Source of the DNA: Porphyridium purpureum
Lineage: Eukaryota
Length of the DNA: 64,000 bases
Reading direction: 5' to 3'
Assembly (NCBI GenBank): GCA_008690995.1
Contig: VRMN01000002.1
Location: forward strand, 1,364,001 to 1,428,000
This document shows positions 9,668 through 20,643 of this stretch, one piece after another; the stretch's first letter is position 1, and each line of letters begins with the position of its first letter. A program made the translations under genes and the position numbers. The notes beneath the pieces were generated by a model. That model saw only the letters and a program-made list of their open reading frames with translations. It had not been told where the DNA came from and made no database searches.

Positions 9668-11077
9668 CTATACGTGCAAACGATCGCCCTCATCCGCTTT
9701 GGTGTCTTGTTTTGAACGAGCCTCCGGATTTTCTGACGCTTCTCCCGCACTCTGGGGAACACACGTGTTTGAATCGCGAAGGGTGCTCGCCGTGAGGCGG
9801 GCGCGCTCGAGCATGCGTGCCCGAATACCGTGCTCGCCCGTGCAGAAGCTATTGCGCACCGTCTGCTGGCAGCACTGGTATCCCCAGCGCCCCTCTTCGT
9901 AAAAGCTACCCCAAATGCACCGGTGGTTACGAAAGAGCACGTCCTCTTGATACTTGCTGGGCACGGATAAGCCCAACCGAACACCATCCTCTGGAACGGA
10001 GATAATACTGGACTCATGCCTCGCAGGATGAAGCTCTGCTTGTCCGATGCGCACAGCATCAGGCACACCGTATTTCGCGAGAATCTCAGTACGCCGAGCT
10101 TCATCCAGAGCCTCGCGCTTTTTCTGAAACTCCCGAAAGGCCAGTTCGGCTAGCGATGGCTCAGCTACAAGATGCGGCATCTCGTAGCCCAGTTCATTTG
10201 CACGCAGCGTGTGCAGCTCGAGCTGTGCTTTGCTGCGCACATCACCCGTGTGGAGCACAAATGCGTCACCAGCATAGTCCTTGTCATTCAAATCAATTTG
10301 CGGCGTCGGGTCTTGGCGCATCGAGCGTGACTTGGGATCATAGTACGCAGAGTTCTGGGACAGGTTACGAAGATACTTTGCAGTGTCCTCACGAATGCGA
10401 AGGTTGCGCGTCACGCCCTTTGTATCCACGTCCTTTTCCTGCACCACCACGTCGTTCGACGCCAGCTGTTTAAATTCATCGCGCGCGACCTCGTCCACTT
10501 GTTGCTGCTGCCGTTGCTGCTCTAGCGCGCGCAAGCGCCGCTCCTCAAGCTTCTGGTGCTTTTCTATCACTTCGTCATACCGAGCCACGTCAAAGGCGCT
10601 CCACTGGTCCCGCTTGCCCTCGTAGTCCATTCCGAGCGTATCTTGCACTTGATCATCCGCGCAAAGTGATACACCCAGCAGCTTGGCCTTTTTCAGCCGC
10701 GGGCGCTCCAGGCAGTCCCTTGCCTTGTGCGTGGACGCTCCGCAATTCTCACATGCGCCCTTTGCAAATTTCTTCAGCGGCTGGGTGCTTGTCAGCGCAG
10801 CACCTCTGCGCGCATTCCACGTACTTATCCGTTCACTCCCAACAGGCGCATGAGCCACGTCGCCACGCGAATCCTTCTTCTGATGCTTAAGGCCTGGGCC
10901 GTCCTGATTCAGGTACCACGGCGCCTGCGAAATGTACTGCGGGATATGCGGATTAATATCATTTCCGTCTTCATCTACTTCCGGCGCTACGCGGCCCATC
11001 CGCCGCGCCTCCTCCAGCTCCTTGCGCTTCTTGTACTCATCACGCGTCTGAAACACGCGCTGCGACGACGACGCCAT
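9668..11077 (-). CDS. SLU7: Pre-mRNA splicing factor Slu7
   Basis: 'DINPHIPQYISQAPWY', zinc knuckle 'GACENCGASTHKARDCLERPR', 'YEGKRDQW', 'TRNLRIREDTAKYLRNL..NSAYYDPKSRSMR', 'SKY.EDV...NH..IWGSF...RWGY.CC'. Confidence 0.96.
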   Translation of the reverse strand: MASSSQRVFQTRDEYKKRKELEEARRMGRVAPEVDEDGNDINPHIPQYISQAPWYLNQDGPGLKHQKKDSRGDVAHAPVGSERISTWNARRGAALTSTQPLKKFAKGACENCGASTHKARDCLERPRLKKAKLLGVSLCADDQVQDTLGMDYEGKRDQWSAFDVARYDEVIEKHQKLEERRLRALEQQRQQQQVDEVARDEFKQLASNDVVVQEKDVDTKGVTRNLRIREDTAKYLRNLSQNSAYYDPKSRSMRQDPTPQIDLNDKDYAGDAFVLHTGDVRSKAQLELHTLRANELGYEMPHLVAEPSLAELAFREFQKKREALDEARRTEILAKYGVPDAVRIGQAELHPARHESSIISVPEDGVRLGLSVPSKYQEDVLFRNHRCIWGSFYEEGRWGYQCCQQTVRNSFCTGEHGIRARMLERARLTASTLRDSNTCVPQSAGEASENPEARSKQDTKADEGDRLHV

Positions 11078-11498
11078 CACATCTCCTCCTGCATTCACTG
11101 ACTCACCGCATCCCTCTCGCTCTCTCGCTCTCTTTCTCCTCTCCCACACACACCACCACCACCACCAACTCGCTCACGCGCTCGAACCCTGTTCTTTCGC
11201 ACATTACATTGCCATCTCTACATCGTTCATTCTCTGCAATCCAGCATGACATTTCAATGCATGACAAAAGAATGCCATGATATGTTCTCCATAAATTGAC
11301 CTCTGTATGATATTAAAGCAGCTGTTGTAATGCGTGAAATGGGGGAACAAAGGAAAAGGAATGAAGTAGAAGACAGAGAAGCCATGCCACCAGGAAAAAG
11401 GTCGCGTTGAAAGGTGTGGATACAGAGGGAGCAACCAACAAGGGACAAGGGGGCGCGGGGTTGCATTCGACTTGGTTCGGTTTGTGTTGCTTGTGTTG

Positions 11499-11540
11499 CT
11501 CTTTCTCTCTGCCTCTCTCTCTCTCTGTCTCTGTCTCTGT
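11499..11540. repeat. Imperfect (CT)n microsatellite in the SLU7/USO1 divergent intergenic region
   Basis: ctctttctctctgcctctctctctctctgtctctgtctctgt seen directly. Confidence 0.8.
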
Positions 11541-11614
11541 GTAGGTATACGGGTCGAGGTGAAGACGGGGGGCAAAGGGGAGCGAGAGGCGAGCCTCGCC
11601 GTGGGCGCAAGGCG

Positions 11615-14600
11615 ATGTCGCGGTTTTTGTCCGGGGCGATTAGTTACATCGCCGGCGCAGACGCCGCGCATGTCAGCCCCGTTCAGCGGCTCGTGGAGCG
11701 CATCAAGGCGTCGGCGCTGCCGGCGGACCGGCGGCATGCGATCGCAGAGCTGGCCGAGGTCGTGGCCATGCACCCACGGTTTCAGCAGGAGGCGGGCCGG
11801 ATGGGCATGTTTGTGCTGGCCGCCGTGCTCGAGCAGGACCGCGCGTACGAAAGCACCATGCGCGCGTGCCTGGAACTGCTCATCCAGCTGTGCGGTCGAC
11901 TGGATATGCACGTGGCCAAGGAAACGCGCGCGCGCAGAAGAAAGGACGCTCAGCAGTTGAACAACGTTGCAAATGAAAGTGACGCGGAGCATGGCAGTGG
12001 CGGCTCTGCCCTCCAAGACATGCTCGACGACGATTTTTACGAGCTCGATACGGGCCCCAGCAGCTCGGATGGTACCATTCCTGAGGCACAGCAGGCTGCG
12101 CGCGCGCGCTGGGAGACTGTCGCGGCTGAGGTCGCGAGCGAAAATTGTCGCTCATTCGTTGCCCTGCCGAACGGTGTGTCTCAGGTGCTGGAACTGCTCG
12201 AAGAAGACGACTTTTACCTGCGCTTCAACACTATTGAGCTTATGACAGCGCTTTGTGTTGGTCAGCTGGAAATGGTGCAATCGTGCGTCCTTGAAAACCC
12301 GACGAGTCTGACGCGGCTGGTTGAAATGCTTCGCGACAAGCGGCAGGTGATTGTGAACAACGTGCTGCTTCTCTTGATCGCTCTTTGCGAACGACGTCCA
12401 GAAATTTCGAAGATTCTAGCGTTCGACAATATTTTTGAAGTTCTCTTTGACATCGTGGAGTCGTCTACGTCCAGCGCATTTTCGCGCGCAGGCTCATTCC
12501 AACTCGATGAGGGCTTTGGCGACGATACAGAGCCGGACTTGGAAGACATGGTGGTCGTGCACGACTGTTTGCACCTGATCAACAACCTGTTGAAAGGGAA
12601 TCCGTCAAACCAGGCATACTTTCGCGAGACGGGATGTATTCCGCGCATGAATCCGATGCTGGACATCAAGGGTCTTTGCGCAGCGCATGAATCTGGCCGT
12701 ACGGGCGCTTCGAGTAGTGGACACGCGCGAGCGGTTTCTGCCCAGGAGATGCGCAATTTTGAGTTAGCGGTCCACTGTGTTTACCTGCTGGTACAAGGCG
12801 AAGGCCCAGACGTTGCGAAGAATCAAGACATTTGCGCAAGCCGCGGCATCTTTAAGGCAATTGTGCGATTCACGTTTTCGCCTATTGCTCGTGGAAAGAA
12901 CAATAGCACTGCCAGGCTGGGCGTTGTGTGCTTCGATACCCTTGGCGGCCTCATTCGCAACCACGATGACAACAAGCGTTTACTCAGTACGATACCAGCA
13001 ATGGTCACAAACAGCAACCATCCGGGTGTCGTGGAGGAATATGCCAGTGACACCATTGAGGCTGGTTCGCAGTCTGCTCTCGTTGCGTGTTGGAACGTCG
13101 TTGCAACCGCTGAATCGGCCGCTGTCCGCGCGGCAGCATTTAGAGTTGTGTATGAAGCAATTTGCGCTGAAGAAGATGTACCTTCAACATCTTTTCTCAC
13201 AGCCATCACCTCGAACAGCACCAGTACTACGAAGAAGATGAGCGGGATGCAGGCTTTGGCCGCGCTCATTAAGGCACACCTCGTGGGTTGGCCCGGGGCG
13301 GCGGACGGGGCGGCGGTGTTCTATGCGTCCAGTTTGCTCTGCTTTCTATGCCTGAGTCGCTTGGACGCGCGCAGCCTGCTGTGCCGTACAACGGCAACCA
13401 GCGCTTCTAGCGGATCAAGCGGCAACAGCACCGGTGGTAACAACAGCAATGACTTACTGCTTTCCAAAGTTGTGCGTGCGATGAGCCGCGCTCAGCGTGA
13501 GCACGCACCGACCGCCGCTCGTGTGGCGCTTCTCAAACTGCTGTGCGTGTGGATGTACCAATGCTCCGATGTGATCCATGCTTTTTTATCGTCTGCAATG
13601 CTGTTGCCGTTGGTGGTTGAGCTAATAGTCAAGTCCCATTCGCGCACCGATTCCGTCACGGAGGATAGTGAAATTCACGTACGCGGACTGGCCGTTCTGC
13701 TTTTGGGTATTTGTTTGGAGCATGAGGAGGATGTAAGTGATCGGCCGGGAGCTAGTGGCACTACCGGACCGGCTGTGATGATCACAAGGAGCACGTTGGT
13801 AGAGATCATTACTAATCGCATCGGGATTACGACTTTTACGGCCAAGCTGGACGAGCTGCGCGCAACCGACGCATTTGGCGCTGCGCTCACCGACACTGTA
13901 AATGCCAACATTGCGCCTCATGTGCTTCTCGAACGCGAACTTTCGAGCGACAAGTACACTGAGAAAAGTGGCGACGGTGTCAGGAATCACGGCACGAGCG
14001 GGGCGGTGGCAGGACCTCTTGGGCACGCAATGTGGTATGACCGCACGTTCACAGTCATGTTTAACGACATCTACAGTAAGTTGCACCGTCACGTAGTGGA
14101 ATGGGTCATTACGCCTGGCCCCAAGCATCACAACCATCTTGCAGGCTCTGATCTATCTACATCATCGGGCGCAACGGGGATGGCCGTCAAGGACTCCAAT
14201 TCAGTAAGGATTGCTGGTACTGAGCGTGCCGGAGGATCTGAAGTTGGTACTGATCACGCGTCAGAGTCAGAAAGGGGGTTGGCCAGTGTCGTTGCTGCTG
14301 AGGCATCGGCATCGTACAAGGAGCTCATTCGCGAGCAGGACAGCATAATTTCTGATTTACGAGCTGAAGTGGCGCGGCTAAATGCGGCTGTCTCAGATTC
14401 CCAGAGTGTCTACGCAGAGCAAGCGGACGCCACAGAGAAGGCGCGCGAGATGCAAGTACGCATGCTTGCCCAGGACGAAGAGCTCATGAGTCTCCGCAAA
14501 GATTTGCAACAACAGCTCGATACGTGCGCCGCAATACAGGCTGCCTTGCAAGAGAAGACAGATGATCTGGCCTCCATCAGCCGCGCGTACAATGACTTGG

Positions 14601-17600
14601 AAGCGGAATACAACGGTGGAGGGGCCGGTGGTGGAGGCAGTCGAGAAGGCCGAGAGCAAACGGTGACCCGCGAGCAACAAGAAGAATTAAATAGTTTGCG
14701 CACCCAGCTCAACCAGGAGCTGCAACGGCGTGAAAAGCTCGAAAAGCTGCTTCGGCAGCTGGAAAGTAGCGAGGCGGATGCTGAGGATGAGCTGGAAATC
14801 TTGCGCAAAGAACGCGACGAGTTTGCTGCTCTTCTGGCCGGTGGTGCTAGTAGTGGGGGCGGCGAGGCGGCTTTGCAGGCCGAGTTGATCGCGGAACAAT
14901 CAAAGCGGGTACTTGCGGAATCAAGTCTTGAGCGGCAGCGAGAGCTCGTCGCACAATTGGAGATGGAGCGTGAGAAGAGCGTGTGCGACGTCGCGGCTTT
15001 GCGCGCCGAGCTTGCACAGGTGCAGGTGCGACTAGATGCGCTCACACATCACAACAGCGCACTCGAAGCGGAAAACGAGGGTCTCAAGATGAGCCGTACA
15101 GCGGCAGAGAAGGCAGAGCGCGAGCGCTTCGCCTCGCTTAGCGCCGAGTACGAGGCGCGAATTGCAGGGTTAGAGGCATCCTCGGACCAAGCGGAACTCG
15201 AAGTGCGCAACCAGCGGTTACGGGAATTGGAAGCAGAGCTGGACGGCGTCCGCTCGTCACTGGCGCAATCGCTCGCCGCGCAAGAGGAATTGCGCAACGC
15301 GCTAAGCGATGCGCGGCATGCGAACGACTTGGTGCGGAAGGAGAAGGCGGCCGAAATTGCAGAGAACGCGCGGCTCGCTGCGCTCGGCCGTGAAACGGAG
15401 CGCAAGCTTGGCGACGCCACTCAGGTGAACGCACGCAAGTCTGCTGAGCTGGAGGATTCGAAGCGTAAACTTGCTGACGCACAGGAGTCTCAGCGTGCTC
15501 TGGAAGCGTCCATGCACGAGTTTCGGCAGGTTTCGCAACTACGCGCAGAGGAGCTAGGTGCCGCGCTAGAAAAGCTGGAGCACAGCGAGCACACAAATGA
15601 GCGCATGCAGTCAGAGTTGGCGCGCGTCAGCTCGGAACTGTTTGCAGCCATGGAAGAACGTGACGCGCTGATAGCGAAGGAAAAGGAGCACCAGCGCGAG
15701 CTCGATCGAGCCGCTGCGCAGACGATGCATTCTGTAGAGCAGGAAACGTCCACTGAGAGAGAAGAGCGCATCGAGCGTGATCGGCAACGAGAGGCTCAGC
15801 TGGCAGTGTCGGAGGCAGAAGTTGAACGGTTGCAAGCATTGGTGGCGGCTTCGACAACAAGTACGGAGCGCTCGACTGGGGACCTTGCAGCGCTGCGTGA
15901 GCAAGTGGACGAGCTCATGCAGAGCCTTGACATGTCCGTGTCCGAAAATAAAGCGCTGGCTGATGCGCGGGATGATTTGGGGCGCCGCGTTGCCGATTTG
16001 AGCGGGCGCCTGGAGGCAAAGGAAGCAGAGCTCTCAAAGGTCAGTGCGGAAATGACCGCTGCGCGTGCAGAAAGGGCACACGTTGCGGAAAGCCTGCTAC
16101 ATCTAAAGGCTGAAAACGAACGCCTTGAACTTGAGCTGAAGGAGGCAACTGTGCAGCTGGACATCGTGAAGTCTGACCTAGTGAGCGCAACTTCTAACCA
16201 GTCGGCACATGCAGCAAACGCGCAAAGCGCGCACGAACGCATGAATGACCTGGTGGCAGAGCGTGATGCTCTGGCGTTGCGTGTGCAGGCGCTGCTGCTG
16301 GACGTTGAGAGACTTGAGTCGGAACACGTGGCGGCAGGGGCATCTCATGCTACTGCTCTGGCTGAAGCGCGCAAGTCAGCAGAGGATGCGGCTCGCGAAA
16401 ACGAAAATCTGCAACATCTGCTTGACGACGCAGCGAAGGAGCGAAACGCCGCAGAAGCTTCCGCAGCGGCCGCCGCTGCTACAAGTGCTTCTGTCGCGGG
16501 TCAGCTCGAGCAACTGAATATGGCGGTGAAGGCCCTGGAAGCGCAGGTGGACGAGTATCAGGATCAAGTCGAAATGCTGGAGCTAAAACTTCGCGACAAG
16601 ACAGCCGCGGAGCTGTCAGCTGTTCTCGAACGCGAGCAAGGAGCCGTAATTGACCAGGATGCACTGGCTGAAGCAGAACGCATGCAAGCAGAACTGGATT
16701 CGCTGAGGGGATTATTGGAGCAAAAGCAGCGGGACGTGGATACCTTGTCCTCCGAGCTTGATGCAGCGCGGGCCCAAGGAGACCATACGGTGAAGCAGCT
16801 GCGATCCAGTGAAACGCGGATCGCAAAAATTGAATCAGAAGTTACTGCCCTGCGTGAGCAGCTTCGGGAAGCTCAGGAGCGCGCGGCCGCCGCGCAGCAT
16901 GCAGAGCACGAGCTGAGCGTGTTGCAAAGCCGCTCGGCGGAAGAAGCGCGTGATATGAAGCAGCTGAAATTGGCGCATGACGCCCTCGCCCCTAAATTGC
17001 GAGAGGCAGAAAATGCTTGCAAGCGCGTTGAGGCTGAACTAGATTCTGCCAAGACAGGCACCCAGCAACACAAGGCCGAGCGCGACGACCTGTTCAAAGA
17101 GCTTCAGCGTGCTCAAAAGGAGCTCGCCGATGTCCGGACGGAGCTTGCTGCGAAGGAAGAACAGCACATTGCAGCCGCGTCCGCGCTTGAAGCTGAAAGC
17201 AAAGATCACTTGCTGGCGACGACTCGTGCACGCAAAAGTGCAAGTGATCTCGAATCTCAGGTGTCTTTGAAAACAGCTGCCTTGGCGCAGGCACAGCTGG
17301 ACATAGAGCGTTTGAATGCGCTTCAAGCCGAATCAGAGACGGCATTCGCAGAGTACGAGCGAGCAATTGCGCAACTCGAAAGGCAACTAGAAGCTGTGGA
17401 GCTCGCGCGCGCTCGAGATGCTGAGCTGGTCGCCGCACGGGACAGCCGCATTGAGTCCTTGGTAGCAAGCAGCCAGGAGCTCAGCGAAGAACTTTCACAG
17501 GTGCAAGCCAATTTGGCGCTCCGTGAGACTGCGCTTGACGACGCCCTGACGGCCAGCAAGAAGCTTGACTCCTTCCTGGCGAGTGTGCGCGCAGAGCTGG

Positions 17601-19807
17601 GTGAGACTCGCGACAAGTTGCGAACGGAGACAGAGCGACGCAAATCGGAGGCTAGTGGTGCGATGCAGCTGCGCGTGACGCTGAAAGATACTGAGTCGGC
17701 GTTAAGTAAGGCTCACGCCACGTTGAAGAACATGGACGCGAAGTTGGCAGAGCAGGACGCTGCACTTGTTTCGTTTGAGCAGTCGCTAAGCACCACGCAG
17801 GCAGAGCTTGCTAGCTCACGACAAAGTCAGCAAGACACGGAAACGGAGCGCTTGCGACTTGAGAAGGAAACGCACGCGCTCACATTGCAGGTGCGTCTGT
17901 TGCGTGCCAAGGCCGACAAGCTCGCTGAGGCGGAGCGCCAGCTGCAGGCCGTGCGTGACGACCTTGCGAAGGCCGAAGCGGATCTTGCAGATGCACGAGA
18001 TGGAAATGAGCTGCTGGAGACGGAGAACGGTGGTTTGCGGGAGCGTGTGGAACGCTCGGAGGCGGCGCAAGCGTTACTAGAAAAGGAACGTGCTCAAACG
18101 ATGTCGGACCTGCAGCGCACGCGGGAGCGGCTGGAAGCGCTGGACTTGAATCTCGGTGAATTGCTGGCGGAGCGCGAGAGCGATGCTGAACGAATGGCCG
18201 CGCTGGAGACTGAGCTCGAGGCTCATCGTGCGCGCGTGGTTGCACTGGAGGAAGAGGTCGAATCCGGAGAGCAAAAATGTGTGGAACTCACGGGTCGCGT
18301 CGGTAACTTGGACGCGTTGCTTGCAGATGCAGAGGCGCGGCAGCGCAAGGACGCGTCGCGTGCCGCGTCGCTAGCGAAAGAGCTTGATTCCTGGAAAGCA
18401 TCTTCTGCAAAGCTCGAGCGTGACAAGGATGCATTGGACGCATGGGTGCGTGAGCTTGAGGCGCAGCTGCAGGAGCTCCCGCCGCTTCAAGCTGCGCTCG
18501 AAGATACTCGGGCGAAGCTGGCGCGCAGCGAAAGTGATCGTGGGGCGCTAGACGGGCTGTGCGAGCGGCTGAAGCGCGAGATGATGAGCGCGATGGAGCG
18601 ACTTGATGAATACGAGAAGGCGATGAATGATAGTGTGAATATGTACGAGTCTCAGCAAGCGCAGTTGAATGCGCAGATTGTGAACATGACGATGGAGCGG
18701 GACGCGGCGCGTGTGGAGCTTCACACGCTGCAAGCCGAAGCGGATGCGCTGCATATTGCTCAGGAGCGAGCCACGCGCGAGCGCGAGATCGTGGCCGCGC
18801 GGCTGAAAGAGCTCGATGCCCATATTCGTTCGCAGCGCGAGTCACACTTGGCCAAGCTTCGGGATGCGGAGGATCTGGTAGCTTCGCTGCAGCGGGACAA
18901 GGCGACTGCACAGCAGCGCGTGGCCGCGCTCGAGTCCCGTGTGCTGGCCGCGGAGCGTGAGAATGAAGAAGCCCGCAACGCATTGTATGACATGCAACAG
19001 GAACAGAGTGTGCTTAGCACTGAGGCGGGAGAGGAGCATAACGCGCTGAAAAAGCAAGTAGCATCCTTGATGGCGAAACTGCAGGGGTACGCTAAGCTAG
19101 AGGCAGAGCTACAGGCTCGGGCAAAGGAACTCGAAGCAGAAGTAGACCGCCAACGTGATCTCCTCGCACGAGCTGCGACGGAGAAATTTAAGGCAGCATC
19201 CGCAGTGCAGAATTCGCTGACCTCTCGCCAGCCCAGTGCTATATCCACCCGCGGTGGCGACGCACACATTCCGTTCATCACTTCCGCGCGGCCACCACCG
19301 GTAAGTAGTCCCAGTCATGCCGCCTATACGTCGCCGGCGTTTCATACGCCTCCCGTACGCGGCCCCGCATCAGCAACGCGCGTGTACGCGATGTCCTCGG
19401 CGGAGCAAGACGATGGTGGCTCGGAGCCGGACGAGTATAGCTTGCTCAGGAGTCAAAACGAAGAGCTGCTGGTAATGCTTGCCGATATGGAGATGAAGCA
19501 AGCGGCCGGCTCAGTATCGCACGGCTCCATCACACCTGTCGACAGCAGCGCCTCTAGCGGAGTTCGAGCAGAGGCAGCGGCGGCCGCTGCAACACCAAAG
19601 CAACCGCGTGGTACTGCACCGCTGCCAGCTTCAGGCATGGCTTCAGCGTCTGTGCCCTCCACGGCGCGCGGCCGGCCGGTCGCGTCGAAGAGACAAGGGC
19701 TGGCCGCTGTGATGTCGCCGGGCGACGTGCCCTTCGCCGGACTAGGACCTAGCGCAGCCCGCAGTAGCAGCATGGGCGGGCGCCCGCGGACGCCCAACTT
19801 GGAGTAG
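11615..19807 (+). CDS. USO1: Uso1/p115 vesicle-tethering protein (armadillo head plus very long coiled coil), about 2730 aa
   Basis: Head motifs 'VQRLVERI..SALPADRR.AI', 'DFYLRF', 'L.EML.DKR.VI.NNVLLLL', 'KILAFDNIFE.LF.I', 'VVHDCL.LI.NLLK.N.SNQ.YFRE', 'VRGLA.LLLGIC'. Followed by more than 1500 aa of heptad-rich E/A/L/R sequence. ATG at 11615. Confidence 0.9.
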   Translation: MSRFLSGAISYIAGADAAHVSPVQRLVERIKASALPADRRHAIAELAEVVAMHPRFQQEAGRMGMFVLAAVLEQDRAYESTMRACLELLIQLCGRLDMHVAKETRARRRKDAQQLNNVANESDAEHGSGGSALQDMLDDDFYELDTGPSSSDGTIPEAQQAARARWETVAAEVASENCRSFVALPNGVSQVLELLEEDDFYLRFNTIELMTALCVGQLEMVQSCVLENPTSLTRLVEMLRDKRQVIVNNVLLLLIALCERRPEISKILAFDNIFEVLFDIVESSTSSAFSRAGSFQLDEGFGDDTEPDLEDMVVVHDCLHLINNLLKGNPSNQAYFRETGCIPRMNPMLDIKGLCAAHESGRTGASSSGHARAVSAQEMRNFELAVHCVYLLVQGEGPDVAKNQDICASRGIFKAIVRFTFSPIARGKNNSTARLGVVCFDTLGGLIRNHDDNKRLLSTIPAMVTNSNHPGVVEEYASDTIEAGSQSALVACWNVVATAESAAVRAAAFRVVYEAICAEEDVPSTSFLTAITSNSTSTTKKMSGMQALAALIKAHLVGWPGAADGAAVFYASSLLCFLCLSRLDARSLLCRTTATSASSGSSGNSTGGNNSNDLLLSKVVRAMSRAQREHAPTAARVALLKLLCVWMYQCSDVIHAFLSSAMLLPLVVELIVKSHSRTDSVTEDSEIHVRGLAVLLLGICLEHEEDVSDRPGASGTTGPAVMITRSTLVEIITNRIGITTFTAKLDELRATDAFGAALTDTVNANIAPHVLLERELSSDKYTEKSGDGVRNHGTSGAVAGPLGHAMWYDRTFTVMFNDIYSKLHRHVVEWVITPGPKHHNHLAGSDLSTSSGATGMAVKDSNSVRIAGTERAGGSEVGTDHASESERGLASVVAAEASASYKELIREQDSIISDLRAEVARLNAAVSDSQSVYAEQADATEKAREMQVRMLAQDEELMSLRKDLQQQLDTCAAIQAALQEKTDDLASISRAYNDLEAEYNGGGAGGGGSREGREQTVTREQQEELNSLRTQLNQELQRREKLEKLLRQLESSEADAEDELEILRKERDEFAALLAGGASSGGGEAALQAELIAEQSKRVLAESSLERQRELVAQLEMEREKSVCDVAALRAELAQVQVRLDALTHHNSALEAENEGLKMSRTAAEKAERERFASLSAEYEARIAGLEASSDQAELEVRNQRLRELEAELDGVRSSLAQSLAAQEELRNALSDARHANDLVRKEKAAEIAENARLAALGRETERKLGDATQVNARKSAELEDSKRKLADAQESQRALEASMHEFRQVSQLRAEELGAALEKLEHSEHTNERMQSELARVSSELFAAMEERDALIAKEKEHQRELDRAAAQTMHSVEQETSTEREERIERDRQREAQLAVSEAEVERLQALVAASTTSTERSTGDLAALREQVDELMQSLDMSVSENKALADARDDLGRRVADLSGRLEAKEAELSKVSAEMTAARAERAHVAESLLHLKAENERLELELKEATVQLDIVKSDLVSATSNQSAHAANAQSAHERMNDLVAERDALALRVQALLLDVERLESEHVAAGASHATALAEARKSAEDAARENENLQHLLDDAAKERNAAEASAAAAAATSASVAGQLEQLNMAVKALEAQVDEYQDQVEMLELKLRDKTAAELSAVLEREQGAVIDQDALAEAERMQAELDSLRGLLEQKQRDVDTLSSELDAARAQGDHTVKQLRSSETRIAKIESEVTALREQLREAQERAAAAQHAEHELSVLQSRSAEEARDMKQLKLAHDALAPKLREAENACKRVEAELDSAKTGTQQHKAERDDLFKELQRAQKELADVRTELAAKEEQHIAAASALEAESKDHLLATTRARKSASDLESQVSLKTAALAQAQLDIERLNALQAESETAFAEYERAIAQLERQLEAVELARARDAELVAARDSRIESLVASSQELSEELSQVQANLALRETALDDALTASKKLDSFLASVRAELGETRDKLRTETERRKSEASGAMQLRVTLKDTESALSKAHATLKNMDAKLAEQDAALVSFEQSLSTTQAELASSRQSQQDTETERLRLEKETHALTLQVRLLRAKADKLAEAERQLQAVRDDLAKAEADLADARDGNELLETENGGLRERVERSEAAQALLEKERAQTMSDLQRTRERLEALDLNLGELLAERESDAERMAALETELEAHRARVVALEEEVESGEQKCVELTGRVGNLDALLADAEARQRKDASRAASLAKELDSWKASSAKLERDKDALDAWVRELEAQLQELPPLQAALEDTRAKLARSESDRGALDGLCERLKREMMSAMERLDEYEKAMNDSVNMYESQQAQLNAQIVNMTMERDAARVELHTLQAEADALHIAQERATREREIVAARLKELDAHIRSQRESHLAKLRDAEDLVASLQRDKATAQQRVAALESRVLAAERENEEARNALYDMQQEQSVLSTEAGEEHNALKKQVASLMAKLQGYAKLEAELQARAKELEAEVDRQRDLLARAATEKFKAASAVQNSLTSRQPSAISTRGGDAHIPFITSARPPPVSSPSHAAYTSPAFHTPPVRGPASATRVYAMSSAEQDDGGSEPDEYSLLRSQNEELLVMLADMEMKQAAGSVSHGSITPVDSSASSGVRAEAAAAAATPKQPRGTAPLPASGMASASVPSTARGRPVASKRQGLAAVMSPGDVPFAGLGPSAARSSSMGGRPRTPNLE

Positions 19808-19839
19808 TTAAGGAAACATTCAAATTCGTGTAAACATGA

Positions 19840-20445
19840 TCATTCGGTGTCCTGGTAGAATGACAGAGGCACATCCTCTTCGTTGGTGTCTTCCTCAGCA
19901 TCATCCTTACTGTCTTCAGTGTGTGTGATGGCTTGCGGGCGTGGAAATGTGGTGTGTACACGCAAGAGGGGACCCAGCTGCTGAGGTGCAGGCATCAGTG
20001 CATCAGCCTGGCTCCGACTCTTGCGGCGGGCGTGCACACGCTCTTGTAGTGCCGCGAGCTCGCGTTGACCCTCTGCGTTTTGCGTCTGTTCCAGCGTATC
20101 CTCAATCTTGAGCTGGATCTTCGCGACACTGCCGCCATCCGCTCCCAGCTCTGCATGGAAGCGCTCAAGCTCGTCCTGTTCATCCTCCACTTGTTCCGTT
20201 TGTTCGAGCAGCAGAACAAGCTTGTCACGCGACGCCACTCGCCCACTTGAATCTGTCTTGACACGTTTCGCCGAGCTCGACAGCCGCTCACCATCCACGA
20301 AACGAAACGGGTGAGCTTGTGCCGGGTCAGAAGGTCCAGTCTCTGGCGCGCGGCGGTCATCGGCCGTGGCCACCTGGACGCCAACTGGCGTTCGACATTC
20401 CGCCGGCGTGGTCTCGTCGCGCGCATGCATCTCGTGCTGGCTCAT
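19840..20445 (-). CDS. Hypothetical acidic/coiled-coil protein
   Basis: About 200-aa ORF filling the space between USO1 and the S1 gene. Coiled-coil-like middle, basic NLS-like clusters (AKRVK, RRKSR), acidic tail. No recognised family. Confidence 0.5.
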   Translation of the reverse strand: MSQHEMHARDETTPAECRTPVGVQVATADDRRAPETGPSDPAQAHPFRFVDGERLSSSAKRVKTDSSGRVASRDKLVLLLEQTEQVEDEQDELERFHAELGADGGSVAKIQLKIEDTLEQTQNAEGQRELAALQERVHARRKSRSQADALMPAPQQLGPLLRVHTTFPRPQAITHTEDSKDDAEEDTNEEDVPLSFYQDTE

Positions 20446-20643
20446 GACGCTCACATTTGTTCGGTGTGTGGATTTCAAGAGAGGACGTGAAGCCTCGCGC
20501 TAGTGCTTTACGGTGCCAATAGAGATCCAGGTCGTAAAGTTGCAAAAGATCTGATTCCACGGTAACGATGCTTTCCTGGCTATTTGCTTTTATGTGCGCC
20601 TAGAGAATTGGGATGCTGCATCATGCATGATGCAGGGTGTGCC

